Assembly (NCBI GenBank): GCA_964035575.1
Contig: OZ037841.1
Span: 1,860,001-1,884,251 of the forward strand
From: Rhynchopus sp. YZ270_cl-10
Taxonomy: Eukaryota
Length of the DNA: 24,251 nucleotides
Direction of reading: 5' to 3'
In this document: piece after piece, positions 9,581 through 23,800 of the stretch
Layout: each line of letters starts with the position of its first letter
Position numbering within the stretch: position 1 is the stretch's first letter
Translations under genes and position numbers: made by a program
The notes under the pieces: generated by a model
The model's input: only the letters and a program-made list of their open reading frames with translations
What the model was told of the DNA's origin: nothing
The model's database searches: none

Positions 9581-10961
9581 AGGGAGTAACCCACAAACCT
9601 ACACCCTACAATTCGCAAACCTACACCCTACAATTCACAAACCTACACCCTACAATTCACAAACCTACACCCTACAATTCACAAACCTACACCCTACAAT
9701 TCGCAAACCTACAACCTACAATTCGCAAACCTACAACCTACAACCTACGAAATTGTAGGTTGGTTGTGGGCTCGTGGACCTGACTTTCGGTAATATAAAG
9801 GGAGTAACCCACAAACCTACACCCTACAATTCACAAACCTACACCCTACAATTCGCAAACCTACACCCTACAATTCACAAACCTACACCCTACAATTCAC
9901 AAACCTACACCCTACAATTCGCAAACCTACAACCTACAATTCGCAAACCTACAACCTACAACCTACGAAATTGTAGGTTGGTTGTGGGCTCGTGGACCTG
10001 ACTTTCGGTAATATAAAGGGAGTAACCCACAAACCTACACCCTACAATTCACAAACCTACACCCTACAATTCGCAAACCTACACCCTACAATTCACAAAC
10101 CTACACCCTACAATTCACAAACCTACACCCTACAATTCACAAACCTACACCCTACAATTCGCAAACCTACAACCTACAATTCGCAAACCTACAACCTACA
10201 ACCTACGAAATTGTAGGTTGGTTGTGGGCTCGTGGACCTGACTTTCGGTAATATAAAGGGAGTAACCCACAAACCTACACCCTACAATTCACAAACCTAC
10301 ACCCTACAATTCGCAAACCTACACCCTACAATTCACAAACCTACACCCTACAATTCACAAACCTACACCCTACAATTCACAAACCTACACCCTACAATTC
10401 GCAAACCTACAACCTACAATTCGCAAACCTACAACCTACAACCTACGAAATTGTAGGTTGGTTGTGGGCTCGTGGACCTGACTTTCGGTAATATAAAGGG
10501 AGTAACCCACAAACCTACACCCTACAATTCACAAACCTACACCCTACAATTCGCAAACCTACACCCTACAATTCACAAACCTACACCCTACAATTCACAA
10601 ACCTACACCCTACAATTCGCAAACCTACAACCTACAATTCGCAAACCTACAACCTACAACCTACGAAATTGTAGGTTGGTTGTGGGCTCGTGGACCTGAC
10701 TTTCGGTAATATAAAGGGAGTAACCCACAAACCTACACCCTACAATTCACAAACCTACACCCTACAATTCGCAAACCTACACCCTACAATTCACAAACCT
10801 ACACCCTACAATTCACAAACCTACACCCTACAATTCACAAACCTACACCCTACAATTCGCAAACCTACAACCTACAATTCGCAAACCTACAACCTACAAC
10901 CTACGAAATTGTAGGTTGGTTGTGGGCTCGTGGACCTGACTTTCGGTAATATAAAGGGAGT
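9581..10961. repeat. Nested tandem repeat: six units of 218, 218, 240, 240, 218, 240 bp, each 7-8 copies of a 22-mer plus a constant 64-bp linker
   Basis: Unit starts (AGGGAGTAACC) at 9581, 9799, 10017, 10257, 10497, 10715 and a final AGGGAGT at 10955; 22-mer C(A/G)CAAACCTACA(C/A)CCTACAATT. Confidence 0.95.
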
Positions 10962-11353
10962 AACCCGCAAACCCGCAAACCCGCAAACCCGTAAACCCGC
11001 AAACCCGCAAACCCGTAAACCCGCAAACCCGCAAACCCGCAAACCCGCAAACCCGCAAACCCGCAAACCCGCAAACCCGCAAACCCGCAAACCCGCAAAC
11101 CCGCAAACCCGCAAACCCGCAAACCCGCAAACCCGCAAACCCGCAAACCCGCAAACCCGCAAACCCGCAAACCCGCAAACCCGCAAACCCGCAAACCCGC
11201 AAACCCGCAAACCCGCAAACCCGCAAACCCGCAAACCCGCAAACCCGCAAACCCGCAAACCCGCAAACCCGCAAACCCGCAAACCCGCAAACCCGCAAAC
11301 CCGCAAACCCGCAAACCCGCAAACCCGCAAACCCGTAAACCCGCAAACCCGCA
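10962..11353. repeat. (AAACCCGC)n array block 3, 49 units
   Basis: Read directly; AAACCCGT variants at 10992, 11016, 11336. Confidence 0.98.
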
Positions 11354-14300
11354 CTAGAAGAAAGCTCGCTAAAATGTGGCAGGATGGTGTGGTTGTGAGG
11401 TATATGGCTCCGCCGCGAATTAATGTTGAAAAGAGTAGTATCATTCAGCAAATGCAGAAATGATGTGCCTATTCATTCATAGAAAACCTGAAATGACACG
11501 GAAAAGTCGAAAAAATGAGGGAGGATGTAGTTTTGAGGCACGTTGCTACGCCGCGAATTATTGATACATGCTGCTGACATGACTGATACAGTAAAAGATT
11601 ATCAGAAAAGGTCACTGAAATGTAGCAGGATTTACCCACTGAATATTTGGACAAAAACTGCTAAATTTAGCAGTTTAGCAGTGTGTTTAAGGAAGGATAT
11701 TTTGCTCCGCCGCTAATATTGACACATAAGAGACTGTGGTTGTTAAGCTGTTTGGATCCGCCGCAAAATTACTCACAGGGATAAGAAAGCTCGCCAACAT
11801 GTAGCAAGCTTGTCTGGTTGTGGTGTGGTTGCTCCGCCGCTATTAATTTTTCAGGTTTGCATGACTATAAGAAAGTTTGCACAGTTTGCACAATGTTATT
11901 TACTATCATCTCCGGGGAAGACTGCTACCAGTGTCAAAATAATGGTACTTGTGTGCTTGGCTATTTTCCACACATCTTAACGTAAGGAAGGCACGTTTAT
12001 TTTGAGACTTCCCATGTTTGACAAAGTTGTGTGGCAAGCGATAATCGTTGTGCTTCCAATGAACAACGACACTGTTCTAAATACTGACTTGTGCTGGGAA
12101 GCCTGTCATCAATGTCAAAAATATGGTGGTTTTCTGTTTTCTAAAATCATGTAAAAACTGATACATGCATTTTAAGTCAAAAATACCCATTTCTCAGTGC
12201 AAATTGACCCCACCACAGCACGCACAGACTCCAGAGACCCAAAATCAAAATTTTTTTTTTTTGATTTTTTGTAGGCAAAAATTGCTTGGAAAATTTTTTG
12301 GTCAAAAATCCTGGTTTTTGGGGTATCATACATGTGTATGACCAATTTTCAGGTGGCCAAAAGTGGTGTCTGACCCCCATGTCCAGGTTATGGAAATGTC
12401 CTATGAAGCCATTGCGAAGGAATTTGGTACTTTTGAGCATTGCACATTATGTACTGACCAAAAAACCCACACAATACCCCAAAAACACCAAAAAACATGT
12501 AAAAACTGAAACATGAATTTTAGGTCAAAAATACCCATTTCTCAGCGCAAATTGACCCCATCACAGCACACACAGACTCCGGAGAGCCAAAATCAAAAAT
12601 TTTTTTTTTCGATTTTTTGTAGGCAAAAATTGCTGGGAAAAATTTTTTGGTCAAAATCCTGGTTTTTGGGGTCTCATACGTGTGTATGACCAAATTTTAG
12701 CTGCTCTAATGTGGTGTCTGACCCCCATGTTCAGGTTATGGAAATGTCCTATGAAGCGATTGTCGAAGGAATTTTGTACTTTTGAGCATTGCACATTATG
12801 TACTGACCAAAAAACCCACCTAAAACCCCCAAAACACCAAAAATCATGTAAAAACTGATACATGCATTTTAGGTCAAAAATACCCATTTCTCAGCGCAAA
12901 TTGACCCCATCACAGCACACACAGACTCCGGAGAGCCAAAATCAAAAATTTTTTTTTTCGATTTTTTGTAGGCAAAAATTGCTGGGAAAAATTTTTTGGT
13001 CAAAATCCTGGTTTTTGGGGTCTCATACGTGTGTATGACCAAATTTTAGCTGCTCTAATGTGGTGTCTGACCCCCATGTTCAGGTTATGGAAATGTCCTA
13101 TGAAGCTATTGTCGAAGGAATTTTGTACTTTTGAGCATTGCACATTATGTACTGACCAAAAAACCCACCTAAAACCCTCAAAACACCAAAAATCATGTAA
13201 AAACTGATACATGCATTTTAGGTCAAAAATACCCATTTCTCAGCGCAAATTGACCCCACCACAGCACACACAGACTCCGGAGACCCAAAATCAAAAATAT
13301 TTTTTTTCGATTTTTTGTAGGCAAAAATTGCTGGGAAAAATTTTTTGGTCAAAATCCTGGTTTTTGGGGTCTCACACATGTGTATTACCAAATTTTAGGT
13401 GGTCAAAAGTTGAGTCTGACCCCCATGTCCAGGTTATGGAAATGTCCTATGAAGCGATTGTCGAAGGAATTTTGTACTTTTGAGCATCAGAAATTAGGTA
13501 CTGACCAAAAAACCCACCTAAAACCCCAAAAACACCAAAAATCATGTAAAAACTGATACATGCATTTTAGGTCAAAAATACCCATTTCTCAGCGCAAATT
13601 GACCCCATCACAGCACACACAGACTCCGGAGAGCCAAAATCAAAAATTTTTTTTTTCGATTTTTTGTAGGCAAAAATTGCTGGGAAAAATTTTTTGGTCA
13701 AAATCCTGGTTTTTGGGGTCTCATACGTGTGTATGACCAAATTTTAGCTGCTCTAATGTGGTGTCTGACCCCCATGTTCAGGTTATGGAAATGTCCTATG
13801 AAGCGATTGTCGAAGGAATTTTGTACTTTTGAGCATTGCACATTATGTACTGACCAAAAAACCCACCTAAAACCCCAAAAACACCAAAAATCATGTAAAA
13901 ACTGATACATGCATTTTAGGTCAAAAATACCCATTTCTCAGCGCAAATTGACCCCATCACTGCACGCACAGACTCCGGAGAGCCAAAATCAAAAATTTTT
14001 TTTTTCGATTTTTTGTAGGCAAAAATTGCTGGGAAAAATTTTTTGGTCAAAATCCTGGTTTTTGGGGTCTCATACATGTGTATGACCAAATTTTAGGTGG
14101 TCAAAAGTGGAGTCTGACCCCCATGTCCAGGTTATGGAAATGTCATATGAAGCCATTGCTGAAGGAATTTTGCACTTTTGCGCATCAACAATTATGTACT
14201 GGGCATTTTTCCCACACAAATTTGACCCAGTACTCAAGGTCAATTTGACCTTGGTTCTTCTCTCAGGGTCTTCTGACCAATTTTTAACATGTCTAAAATG

Positions 14301-14812
14301 GTATCTGACCCCCATGTCCAGGTCATAAAAACGCCCAATCAGTCCATTAAAGCCACAGATTTGATGTTTTGAGTAGTTGTGGTTAAATGTGGCCCAATTT
14401 TCCCAGCCAAAAAATGACCCCAAAAATCACGAAAAAAAATATTTTAAAGCCGATACACTTACACACCTAAATTTGGCCCAATATGTCCAATCTGGTCCTC
14501 CAGGGTGGCAATGGCCTCATTTTATGGGCATACTGGCCATATTTCATACTTATGTCACATTTTGAAATTTTCGTCACATACAATACACACACCTTAGAAC
14601 CACAAAATATCGTCAATTCCTTCACAAAAATAGCCGTGAAATGCCGCACCCATTTTAGGTATCTTCAGAAAATGCTAACATCCAAACCCAGTACATTACG
14701 TCGTTTTTGGGCCCCAATCTACCGGAGTGTATTATGAGAAATACTGGGACCACGCGATCCAGCAATCCTGCAGCGTCGCCATTTTGTACCCCTCAAACCC
14801 GTAATAACTAGA
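11354..14812 (-). mobile_element. 3459-bp copy 2 of the TC...CTAG element (one satellite unit shorter)
   Basis: Offset to copy 1 is 5613 before and 5264 after the missing 349-bp unit; identical termini and junction phase. Confidence 0.6.
12143..14201. repeat. 349-bp tandem satellite, about 6 units
   Basis: Same units as 6530-8937 minus one; ORF offsets 12651/13000/13698. Confidence 0.95.
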
Positions 14813-17800
14813 AACCCGCAAACCCGCAAACCCGCAAACCCGCAAACCCGCAAACCCGCAAACCCGCAAACCCGCAAACCCGCAAACCCGCAAACCCGCA
14901 AACCCGCAAACCCGCAAACCCGCAAACCCGCAAACCCGCAAACCCGCAAACCCGCAAACCCGCAAACCCGCAAACCCGCAAACCCGCAAACCCGCAAACC
15001 CGCAAACCCGCAAACCCGCAAACCCGCAAACCCGCAAACCCGCAAACCCGCAAACCCGCAAACCCGCAAACCCGCAAACCCGCAAACCCGCAAACCCGCA
15101 AACCCGCAAACCCGCAAACCCGCAAACCCGCAAACCCGCAAACCCGCAAACCCGCAAACCCGCAAACCCGCAAACCCGCAAACCCGCAAACCCGCAAACC
15201 CGCAAACCCGCAAACCCGCAAACCCGCAAACCCGCAAACCCGCAAACCCGCAAACCCGCAAACCCGCAAACCCGCAAACCCGCAAACCCGCAAACCCGCA
15301 AACCCGCAAACCCGCAAACCCGCAAACCCGCAAACCCGCAAACCCGCAAACCCGCAAACCCGCAAACCCGCAAACCCGCAAACCCGCAAACCCGCAAACC
15401 CGCAAACCCGCAAACCCGCAAACCCGCAAACCCGCAAACCCGCAAACCCGCAAACCCGCAAACCCGCAAACCCGCAAACCCGCAAACCCGCAAACCCGCA
15501 AACCCGCAAACCCGCAAACCCGCAAACCCGCAAACCCGCAAACCCGCAAACCCGCAAACCCGCAAACCCGCAAACCCGCAAACCCGCAAACCCGCAAACC
15601 CGCAAACCCGCAAACCCGCAAACCCGCAAACCCGCAAACCCGCAAACCCGCAAACCCGCAAACCCGCAAACCCGCAAACCCGCAAACCCGCAAACCCGCA
15701 AACCCGCAAACCCGCAAACCCGCAAACCCGCAAACCCGCAAACCCGCAAACCCGCAAACCCGCAAACCCGCAAACCCGCAAACCCGCAAACCCGCAAACC
15801 CGCAAACCCGCAAACCCGCAAACCCGCAAACCCGCAAACCCGCAAACCCGCAAACCCGCAAACCCGCAAACCCGCAAACCCGCAAACCCGCAAACCCGCA
15901 AACCCGCAAACCCGCAAACCCGCAAACCCGCAAACCCGCAAACCCGCAAACCCGCAAACCCGCAAACCCGCAAACCCGCAAACCCGCAAACCCGCAAACC
16001 CGCAAACCCGCAAACCCGCAAACCCGCAAACCCGCAAACCCGCAAACCCGCAAACCCGCAAACCCGCAAACCCGCAAACCCGCAAACCCGCAAACCCGCA
16101 AACCCGCAAACCCGCAAACCCGCAAACCCGCAAACCCGCAAACCCGCAAACCCGCAAACCCGCAAACCCGCAAACCCGCAAACCCGCAAACCCGCAAACC
16201 CGCAAACCCGCAAACCCGCAAACCCGCAAACCCGCAAACCCGCAAACCCGCAAACCCGCAAACCCGCAAACCCGCAAACCCGCAAACCCGCAAACCCGCA
16301 AACCCGCAAACCCGCAAACCCGCAAACCCGCAAACCCGCAAACCCGCAAACCCGCAAACCCGCAAACCCGCAAACCCGCAAACCCGCAAACCCGCAAACC
16401 CGCAAACCCGCAAACCCGCAAACCCGCAAACCCGCAAACCCGCAAACCCGCAAACCCGCAAACCCGCAAACCCGCAAACCCGCAAACCCGCAAACCCGCA
16501 AACCCGCAAACCCGCAAACCCGCAAACCCGCAAACCCGCAAACCCGCAAACCCGCAAACCCGCAAACCCGCAAACCCGCAAACCCGCAAACCCGCAAACC
16601 CGCAAACCCGCAAACCCGCAAACCCGCAAACCCGCAAACCCGCAAACCCGCAAACCCGCAAACCCGCAAACCCGCAAACCCGCAAACCCGCAAACCCGCA
16701 AACCCGCAAACCCGCAAACCCGCAAACCCGCAAACCCGCAAACCCGCAAACCCGCAAACCCGCAAACCCGCAAACCCGCAAACCCGCAAACCCGCAAACC
16801 CGCAAACCCGCAAACCCGCAAACCCGCAAACCCGCAAACCCGCAAACCCGCAAACCCGCAAACCCGCAAACCCGCAAACCCGCAAACCCGCAAACCCGCA
16901 AACCCGCAAACCCGCAAACCCGCAAACCCGCAAACCCGCAAACCCGCAAACCCGCAAACCCGCAAACCCGCAAACCCGCAAACCCGCAAACCCGCAAACC
17001 CGCAAACCCGCAAACCCGCAAACCCGCAAACCCGCAAACCCGCAAACCCGCAAACCCGCAAACCCGCAAACCCGCAAACCCGCAAACCCGCAAACCCGCA
17101 AACCCGCAAACCCGCAAACCCGCAAACCCGCAAACCCGCAAACCCGCAAACCCGCAAACCCGCAAACCCGCAAACCCGCAAACCCGCAAACCCGCAAACC
17201 CGCAAACCCGCAAACCCGCAAACCCGCAAACCCGCAAACCCGCAAACCCGCAAACCCGCAAACCCGCAAACCCGCAAACCCGCAAACCCGCAAACCCGCA
17301 AACCCGCAAACCCGCAAACCCGCAAACCCGCAAACCCGCAAACCCGCAAACCCGCAAACCCGCAAACCCGCAAACCCGCAAACCCGCAAACCCGCAAACC
17401 CGCAAACCCGCAAACCCGCAAACCCGCAAACCCGCAAACCCGCAAACCCGCAAACCCGCAAACCCGCAAACCCGCAAACCCGCAAACCCGCAAACCCGCA
17501 AACCCGCAAACCCGCAAACCCGCAAACCCGCAAACCCGCAAACCCGCAAACCCGCAAACCCGCAAACCCGCAAACCCGCAAACCCGCAAACCCGCAAACC
17601 CGCAAACCCGCAAACCCGCAAACCCGCAAACCCGCAAACCCGCAAACCCGCAAACCCGCAAACCCGCAAACCCGCAAACCCGCAAACCCGCAAACCCGCA
17701 AACCCGCAAACCCGCAAACCCGCAAACCCGCAAACCCGCAAACCCGCAAACCCGCAAACCCGCAAACCCGCAAACCCGCAAACCCGCAAACCCGCAAACC

Positions 17801-20800
17801 CGCAAACCCGCAAACCCGCAAACCCGCAAACCCGCAAACCCGCAAACCCGCAAACCCGCAAACCCGCAAACCCGCAAACCCGCAAACCCGCAAACCCGCA
17901 AACCCGCAAACCCGCAAACCCGCAAACCCGCAAACCCGCAAACCCGCAAACCCGCAAACCCGCAAACCCGCAAACCCGCAAACCCGCAAACCCGCAAACC
18001 CGCAAACCCGCAAACCCGCAAACCCGCAAACCCGCAAACCCGCAAACCCGCAAACCCGCAAACCCGCAAACCCGCAAACCCGCAAACCCGCAAACCCGCA
18101 AACCCGCAAACCCGCAAACCCGCAAACCCGCAAACCCGCAAACCCGCAAACCCGCAAACCCGCAAACCCGCAAACCCGCAAACCCGCAAACCCGCAAACC
18201 CGCAAACCCGCAAACCCGCAAACCCGCAAACCCGCAAACCCGCAAACCCGCAAACCCGCAAACCCGCAAACCCGCAAACCCGCAAACCCGCAAACCCGCA
18301 AACCCGCAAACCCGCAAACCCGCAAACCCGCAAACCCGCAAACCCGCAAACCCGCAAACCCGCAAACCCGCAAACCCGCAAACCCGCAAACCCGCAAACC
18401 CGCAAACCCGCAAACCCGCAAACCCGCAAACCCGCAAACCCGCAAACCCGCAAACCCGCAAACCCGCAAACCCGCAAACCCGCAAACCCGCAAACCCGCA
18501 AACCCGCAAACCCGCAAACCCGCAAACCCGCAAACCCGCAAACCCGCAAACCCGCAAACCCGCAAACCCGCAAACCCGCAAACCCGCAAACCCGCAAACC
18601 CGCAAACCCGCAAACCCGCAAACCCGCAAACCCGCAAACCCGCAAACCCGCAAACCCGCAAACCCGCAAACCCGCAAACCCGCAAACCCGCAAACCCGCA
18701 AACCCGCAAACCCGCAAACCCGCAAACCCGCAAACCCGCAAACCCGCAAACCCGCAAACCCGCAAACCCGCAAACCCGCAAACCCGCAAACCCGCAAACC
18801 CGCAAACCCGCAAACCCGCAAACCCGCAAACCCGCAAACCCGCAAACCCGCAAACCCGCAAACCCGCAAACCCGCAAACCCGCAAACCCGCAAACCCGCA
18901 AACCCGCAAACCCGCAAACCCGCAAACCCGCAAACCCGCAAACCCGCAAACCCGCAAACCCGCAAACCCGCAAACCCGCAAACCCGCAAACCCGCAAACC
19001 CGCAAACCCGCAAACCCGCAAACCCGCAAACCCGCAAACCCGCAAACCCGCAAACCCGCAAACCCGCAAACCCGCAAACCCGCAAACCCGCAAACCCGCA
19101 AACCCGCAAACCCGCAAACCCGCAAACCCGCAAACCCGCAAACCCGCAAACCCGCAAACCCGCAAACCCGCAAACCCGCAAACCCGCAAACCCGCAAACC
19201 CGCAAACCCGCAAACCCGCAAACCCGCAAACCCGCAAACCCGCAAACCCGCAAACCCGCAAACCCGCAAACCCGCAAACCCGCAAACCCGCAAACCCGCA
19301 AACCCGCAAACCCGCAAACCCGCAAACCCGCAAACCCGCAAACCCGCAAACCCGCAAACCCGCAAACCCGCAAACCCGCAAACCCGCAAACCCGCAAACC
19401 CGCAAACCCGCAAACCCGCAAACCCGCAAACCCGCAAACCCGCAAACCCGCAAACCCGCAAACCCGCAAACCCGCAAACCCGCAAACCCGCAAACCCGCA
19501 AACCCGCAAACCCGCAAACCCGCAAACCCGCAAACCCGCAAACCCGCAAACCCGCAAACCCGCAAACCCGCAAACCCGCAAACCCGCAAACCCGCAAACC
19601 CGCAAACCCGCAAACCCGCAAACCCGCAAACCCGCAAACCCGCAAACCCGCAAACCCGCAAACCCGCAAACCCGCAAACCCGCAAACCCGCAAACCCGCA
19701 AACCCGCAAACCCGCAAACCCGCAAACCCGCAAACCCGCAAACCCGCAAACCCGCAAACCCGCAAACCCGCAAACCCGCAAACCCGCAAACCCGCAAACC
19801 CGCAAACCCGCAAACCCGCAAACCCGCAAACCCGCAAACCCGCAAACCCGCAAACCCGCAAACCCGCAAACCCGCAAACCCGCAAACCCGCAAACCCGCA
19901 AACCCGCAAACCCGCAAACCCGCAAACCCGCAAACCCGCAAACCCGCAAACCCGCAAACCCGCAAACCCGCAAACCCGCAAACCCGCAAACCCGCAAACC
20001 CGCAAACCCGCAAACCCGCAAACCCGCAAACCCGCAAACCCGCAAACCCGCAAACCCGCAAACCCGCAAACCCGCAAACCCGCAAACCCGCAAACCCGCA
20101 AACCCGCAAACCCGCAAACCCGCAAACCCGCAAACCCGCAAACCCGCAAACCCGCAAACCCGCAAACCCGCAAACCCGCAAACCCGCAAACCCGCAAACC
20201 CGCAAACCCGCAAACCCGCAAACCCGCAAACCCGCAAACCCGCAAACCCGCAAACCCGCAAACCCGCAAACCCGCAAACCCGCAAACCCGCAAACCCGCA
20301 AACCCGCAAACCCGCAAACCCGCAAACCCGCAAACCCGCAAACCCGCAAACCCGCAAACCCGCAAACCCGCAAACCCGCAAACCCGCAAACCCGCAAACC
20401 CGCAAACCCGCAAACCCGCAAACCCGCAAACCCGCAAACCCGCAAACCCGCAAACCCGCAAACCCGCAAACCCGCAAACCCGCAAACCCGCAAACCCGCA
20501 AACCCGCAAACCCGCAAACCCGCAAACCCGCAAACCCGCAAACCCGCAAACCCGCAAACCCGCAAACCCGCAAACCCGCAAACCCGCAAACCCGCAAACC
20601 CGCAAACCCGCAAACCCGCAAACCCGCAAACCCGCAAACCCGCAAACCCGCAAACCCGCAAACCCGCAAACCCGCAAACCCGCAAACCCGCAAACCCGCA
20701 AACCCGCAAACCCGCAAACCCGCAAACCCGCAAACCCGCAAACCCGCAAACCCGCAAACCCGCAAACCCGCAAACCCGCAAACCCGCAAACCCGCAAACC

Positions 20801-23800
20801 CGCAAACCCGCAAACCCGCAAACCCGCAAACCCGCAAACCCGCAAACCCGCAAACCCGCAAACCCGCAAACCCGCAAACCCGCAAACCCGCAAACCCGCA
20901 AACCCGCAAACCCGCAAACCCGCAAACCCGCAAACCCGCAAACCCGCAAACCCGCAAACCCGCAAACCCGCAAACCCGCAAACCCGCAAACCCGCAAACC
21001 CGCAAACCCGCAAACCCGCAAACCCGCAAACCCGCAAACCCGCAAACCCGCAAACCCGCAAACCCGCAAACCCGCAAACCCGCAAACCCGCAAACCCGCA
21101 AACCCGCAAACCCGCAAACCCGCAAACCCGCAAACCCGCAAACCCGCAAACCCGCAAACCCGCAAACCCGCAAACCCGCAAACCCGCAAACCCGCAAACC
21201 CGCAAACCCGCAAACCCGCAAACCCGCAAACCCGCAAACCCGCAAACCCGCAAACCCGCAAACCCGCAAACCCGCAAACCCGCAAACCCGCAAACCCGCA
21301 AACCCGCAAACCCGCAAACCCGCAAACCCGCAAACCCGCAAACCCGCAAACCCGCAAACCCGCAAACCCGCAAACCCGCAAACCCGCAAACCCGCAAACC
21401 CGCAAACCCGCAAACCCGCAAACCCGCAAACCCGCAAACCCGCAAACCCGCAAACCCGCAAACCCGCAAACCCGCAAACCCGCAAACCCGCAAACCCGCA
21501 AACCCGCAAACCCGCAAACCCGCAAACCCGCAAACCCGCAAACCCGCAAACCCGCAAACCCGCAAACCCGCAAACCCGCAAACCCGCAAACCCGCAAACC
21601 CGCAAACCCGCAAACCCGCAAACCCGCAAACCCGCAAACCCGCAAACCCGCAAACCCGCAAACCCGCAAACCCGCAAACCCGCAAACCCGCAAACCCGCA
21701 AACCCGCAAACCCGCAAACCCGCAAACCCGCAAACCCGCAAACCCGCAAACCCGCAAACCCGCAAACCCGCAAACCCGCAAACCCGCAAACCCGCAAACC
21801 CGCAAACCCGCAAACCCGCAAACCCGCAAACCCGCAAACCCGCAAACCCGCAAACCCGCAAACCCGCAAACCCGCAAACCCGCAAACCCGCAAACCCGCA
21901 AACCCGCAAACCCGCAAACCCGCAAACCCGCAAACCCGCAAACCCGCAAACCCGCAAACCCGCAAACCCGCAAACCCGCAAACCCGCAAACCCGCAAACC
22001 CGCAAACCCGCAAACCCGCAAACCCGCAAACCCGCAAACCCGCAAACCCGCAAACCCGCAAACCCGCAAACCCGCAAACCCGCAAACCCGCAAACCCGCA
22101 AACCCGCAAACCCGCAAACCCGCAAACCCGCAAACCCGCAAACCCGCAAACCCGCAAACCCGCAAACCCGCAAACCCGCAAACCCGCAAACCCGCAAACC
22201 CGCAAACCCGCAAACCCGCAAACCCGCAAACCCGCAAACCCGCAAACCCGCAAACCCGCAAACCCGCAAACCCGCAAACCCGCAAACCCGCAAACCCGCA
22301 AACCCGCAAACCCGCAAACCCGCAAACCCGCAAACCCGCAAACCCGCAAACCCGCAAACCCGCAAACCCGCAAACCCGCAAACCCGCAAACCCGCAAACC
22401 CGCAAACCCGCAAACCCGCAAACCCGCAAACCCGCAAACCCGCAAACCCGCAAACCCGCAAACCCGCAAACCCGCAAACCCGCAAACCCGCAAACCCGCA
22501 AACCCGCAAACCCGCAAACCCGCAAACCCGCAAACCCGCAAACCCGCAAACCCGCAAACCCGCAAACCCGCAAACCCGCAAACCCGCAAACCCGCAAACC
22601 CGCAAACCCGCAAACCCGCAAACCCGCAAACCCGCAAACCCGCAAACCCGCAAACCCGCAAACCCGCAAACCCGCAAACCCGCAAACCCGCAAACCCGCA
22701 AACCCGCAAACCCGCAAACCCGCAAACCCGCAAACCCGCAAACCCGCAAACCCGCAAACCCGCAAACCCGCAAACCCGCAAACCCGCAAACCCGCAAACC
22801 CGCAAACCCGCAAACCCGCAAACCCGCAAACCCGCAAACCCGCAAACCCGCAAACCCGCAAACCCGCAAACCCGCAAACCCGCAAACCCGCAAACCCGCA
22901 AACCCGCAAACCCGCAAACCCGCAAACCCGCAAACCCGCAAACCCGCAAACCCGCAAACCCGCAAACCCGCAAACCCGCAAACCCGCAAACCCGCAAACC
23001 CGCAAACCCGCAAACCCGCAAACCCGCAAACCCGCAAACCCGCAAACCCGCAAACCCGCAAACCCGCAAACCCGCAAACCCGCAAACCCGCAAACCCGCA
23101 AACCCGCAAACCCGCAAACCCGCAAACCCGCAAACCCGCAAACCCGCAAACCCGCAAACCCGCAAACCCGCAAACCCGCAAACCCGCAAACCCGCAAACC
23201 CGCAAACCCGCAAACCCGCAAACCCGCAAACCCGCAAACCCGCAAACCCGCAAACCCGCAAACCCGCAAACCCGCAAACCCGCAAACCCGCAAACCCGCA
23301 AACCCGCAAACCCGCAAACCCGCAAACCCGCAAACCCGCAAACCCGCAAACCCGCAAACCCGCAAACCCGCAAACCCGCAAACCCGCAAACCCGCAAACC
23401 CGCAAACCCGCAAACCCGCAAACCCGCAAACCCGCAAACCCGCAAACCCGCAAACCCGCAAACCCGCAAACCCGCAAACCCGCAAACCCGCAAACCCGCA
23501 AACCCGCAAACCCGCAAACCCGCAAACCCGCAAACCCGCAAACCCGCAAACCCGCAAACCCGCAAACCCGCAAACCCGCAAACCCGCAAACCCGCAAACC
23601 CGCAAACCCGCAAACCCGCAAACCCGCAAACCCGCAAACCCGCAAACCCGCAAACCCGCAAACCCGCAAACCCGCAAACCCGCAAACCCGCAAACCCGCA
23701 AACCCGCAAACCCGCAAACCCGCAAACCCGCAAACCCGCAAACCCGCAAACCCGCAAACCCGCAAACCCGCAAACCCGCAAACCCGCAAACCCGCAAACC

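Noticed and set aside
9581..10961. CRISPR-like repeat/spacer appearance and repeated 74-75 aa ORFs
   Set aside because: The linkers are identical rather than unique spacers, there are no cas genes, and the ORFs are repeat translations with GTG starts.
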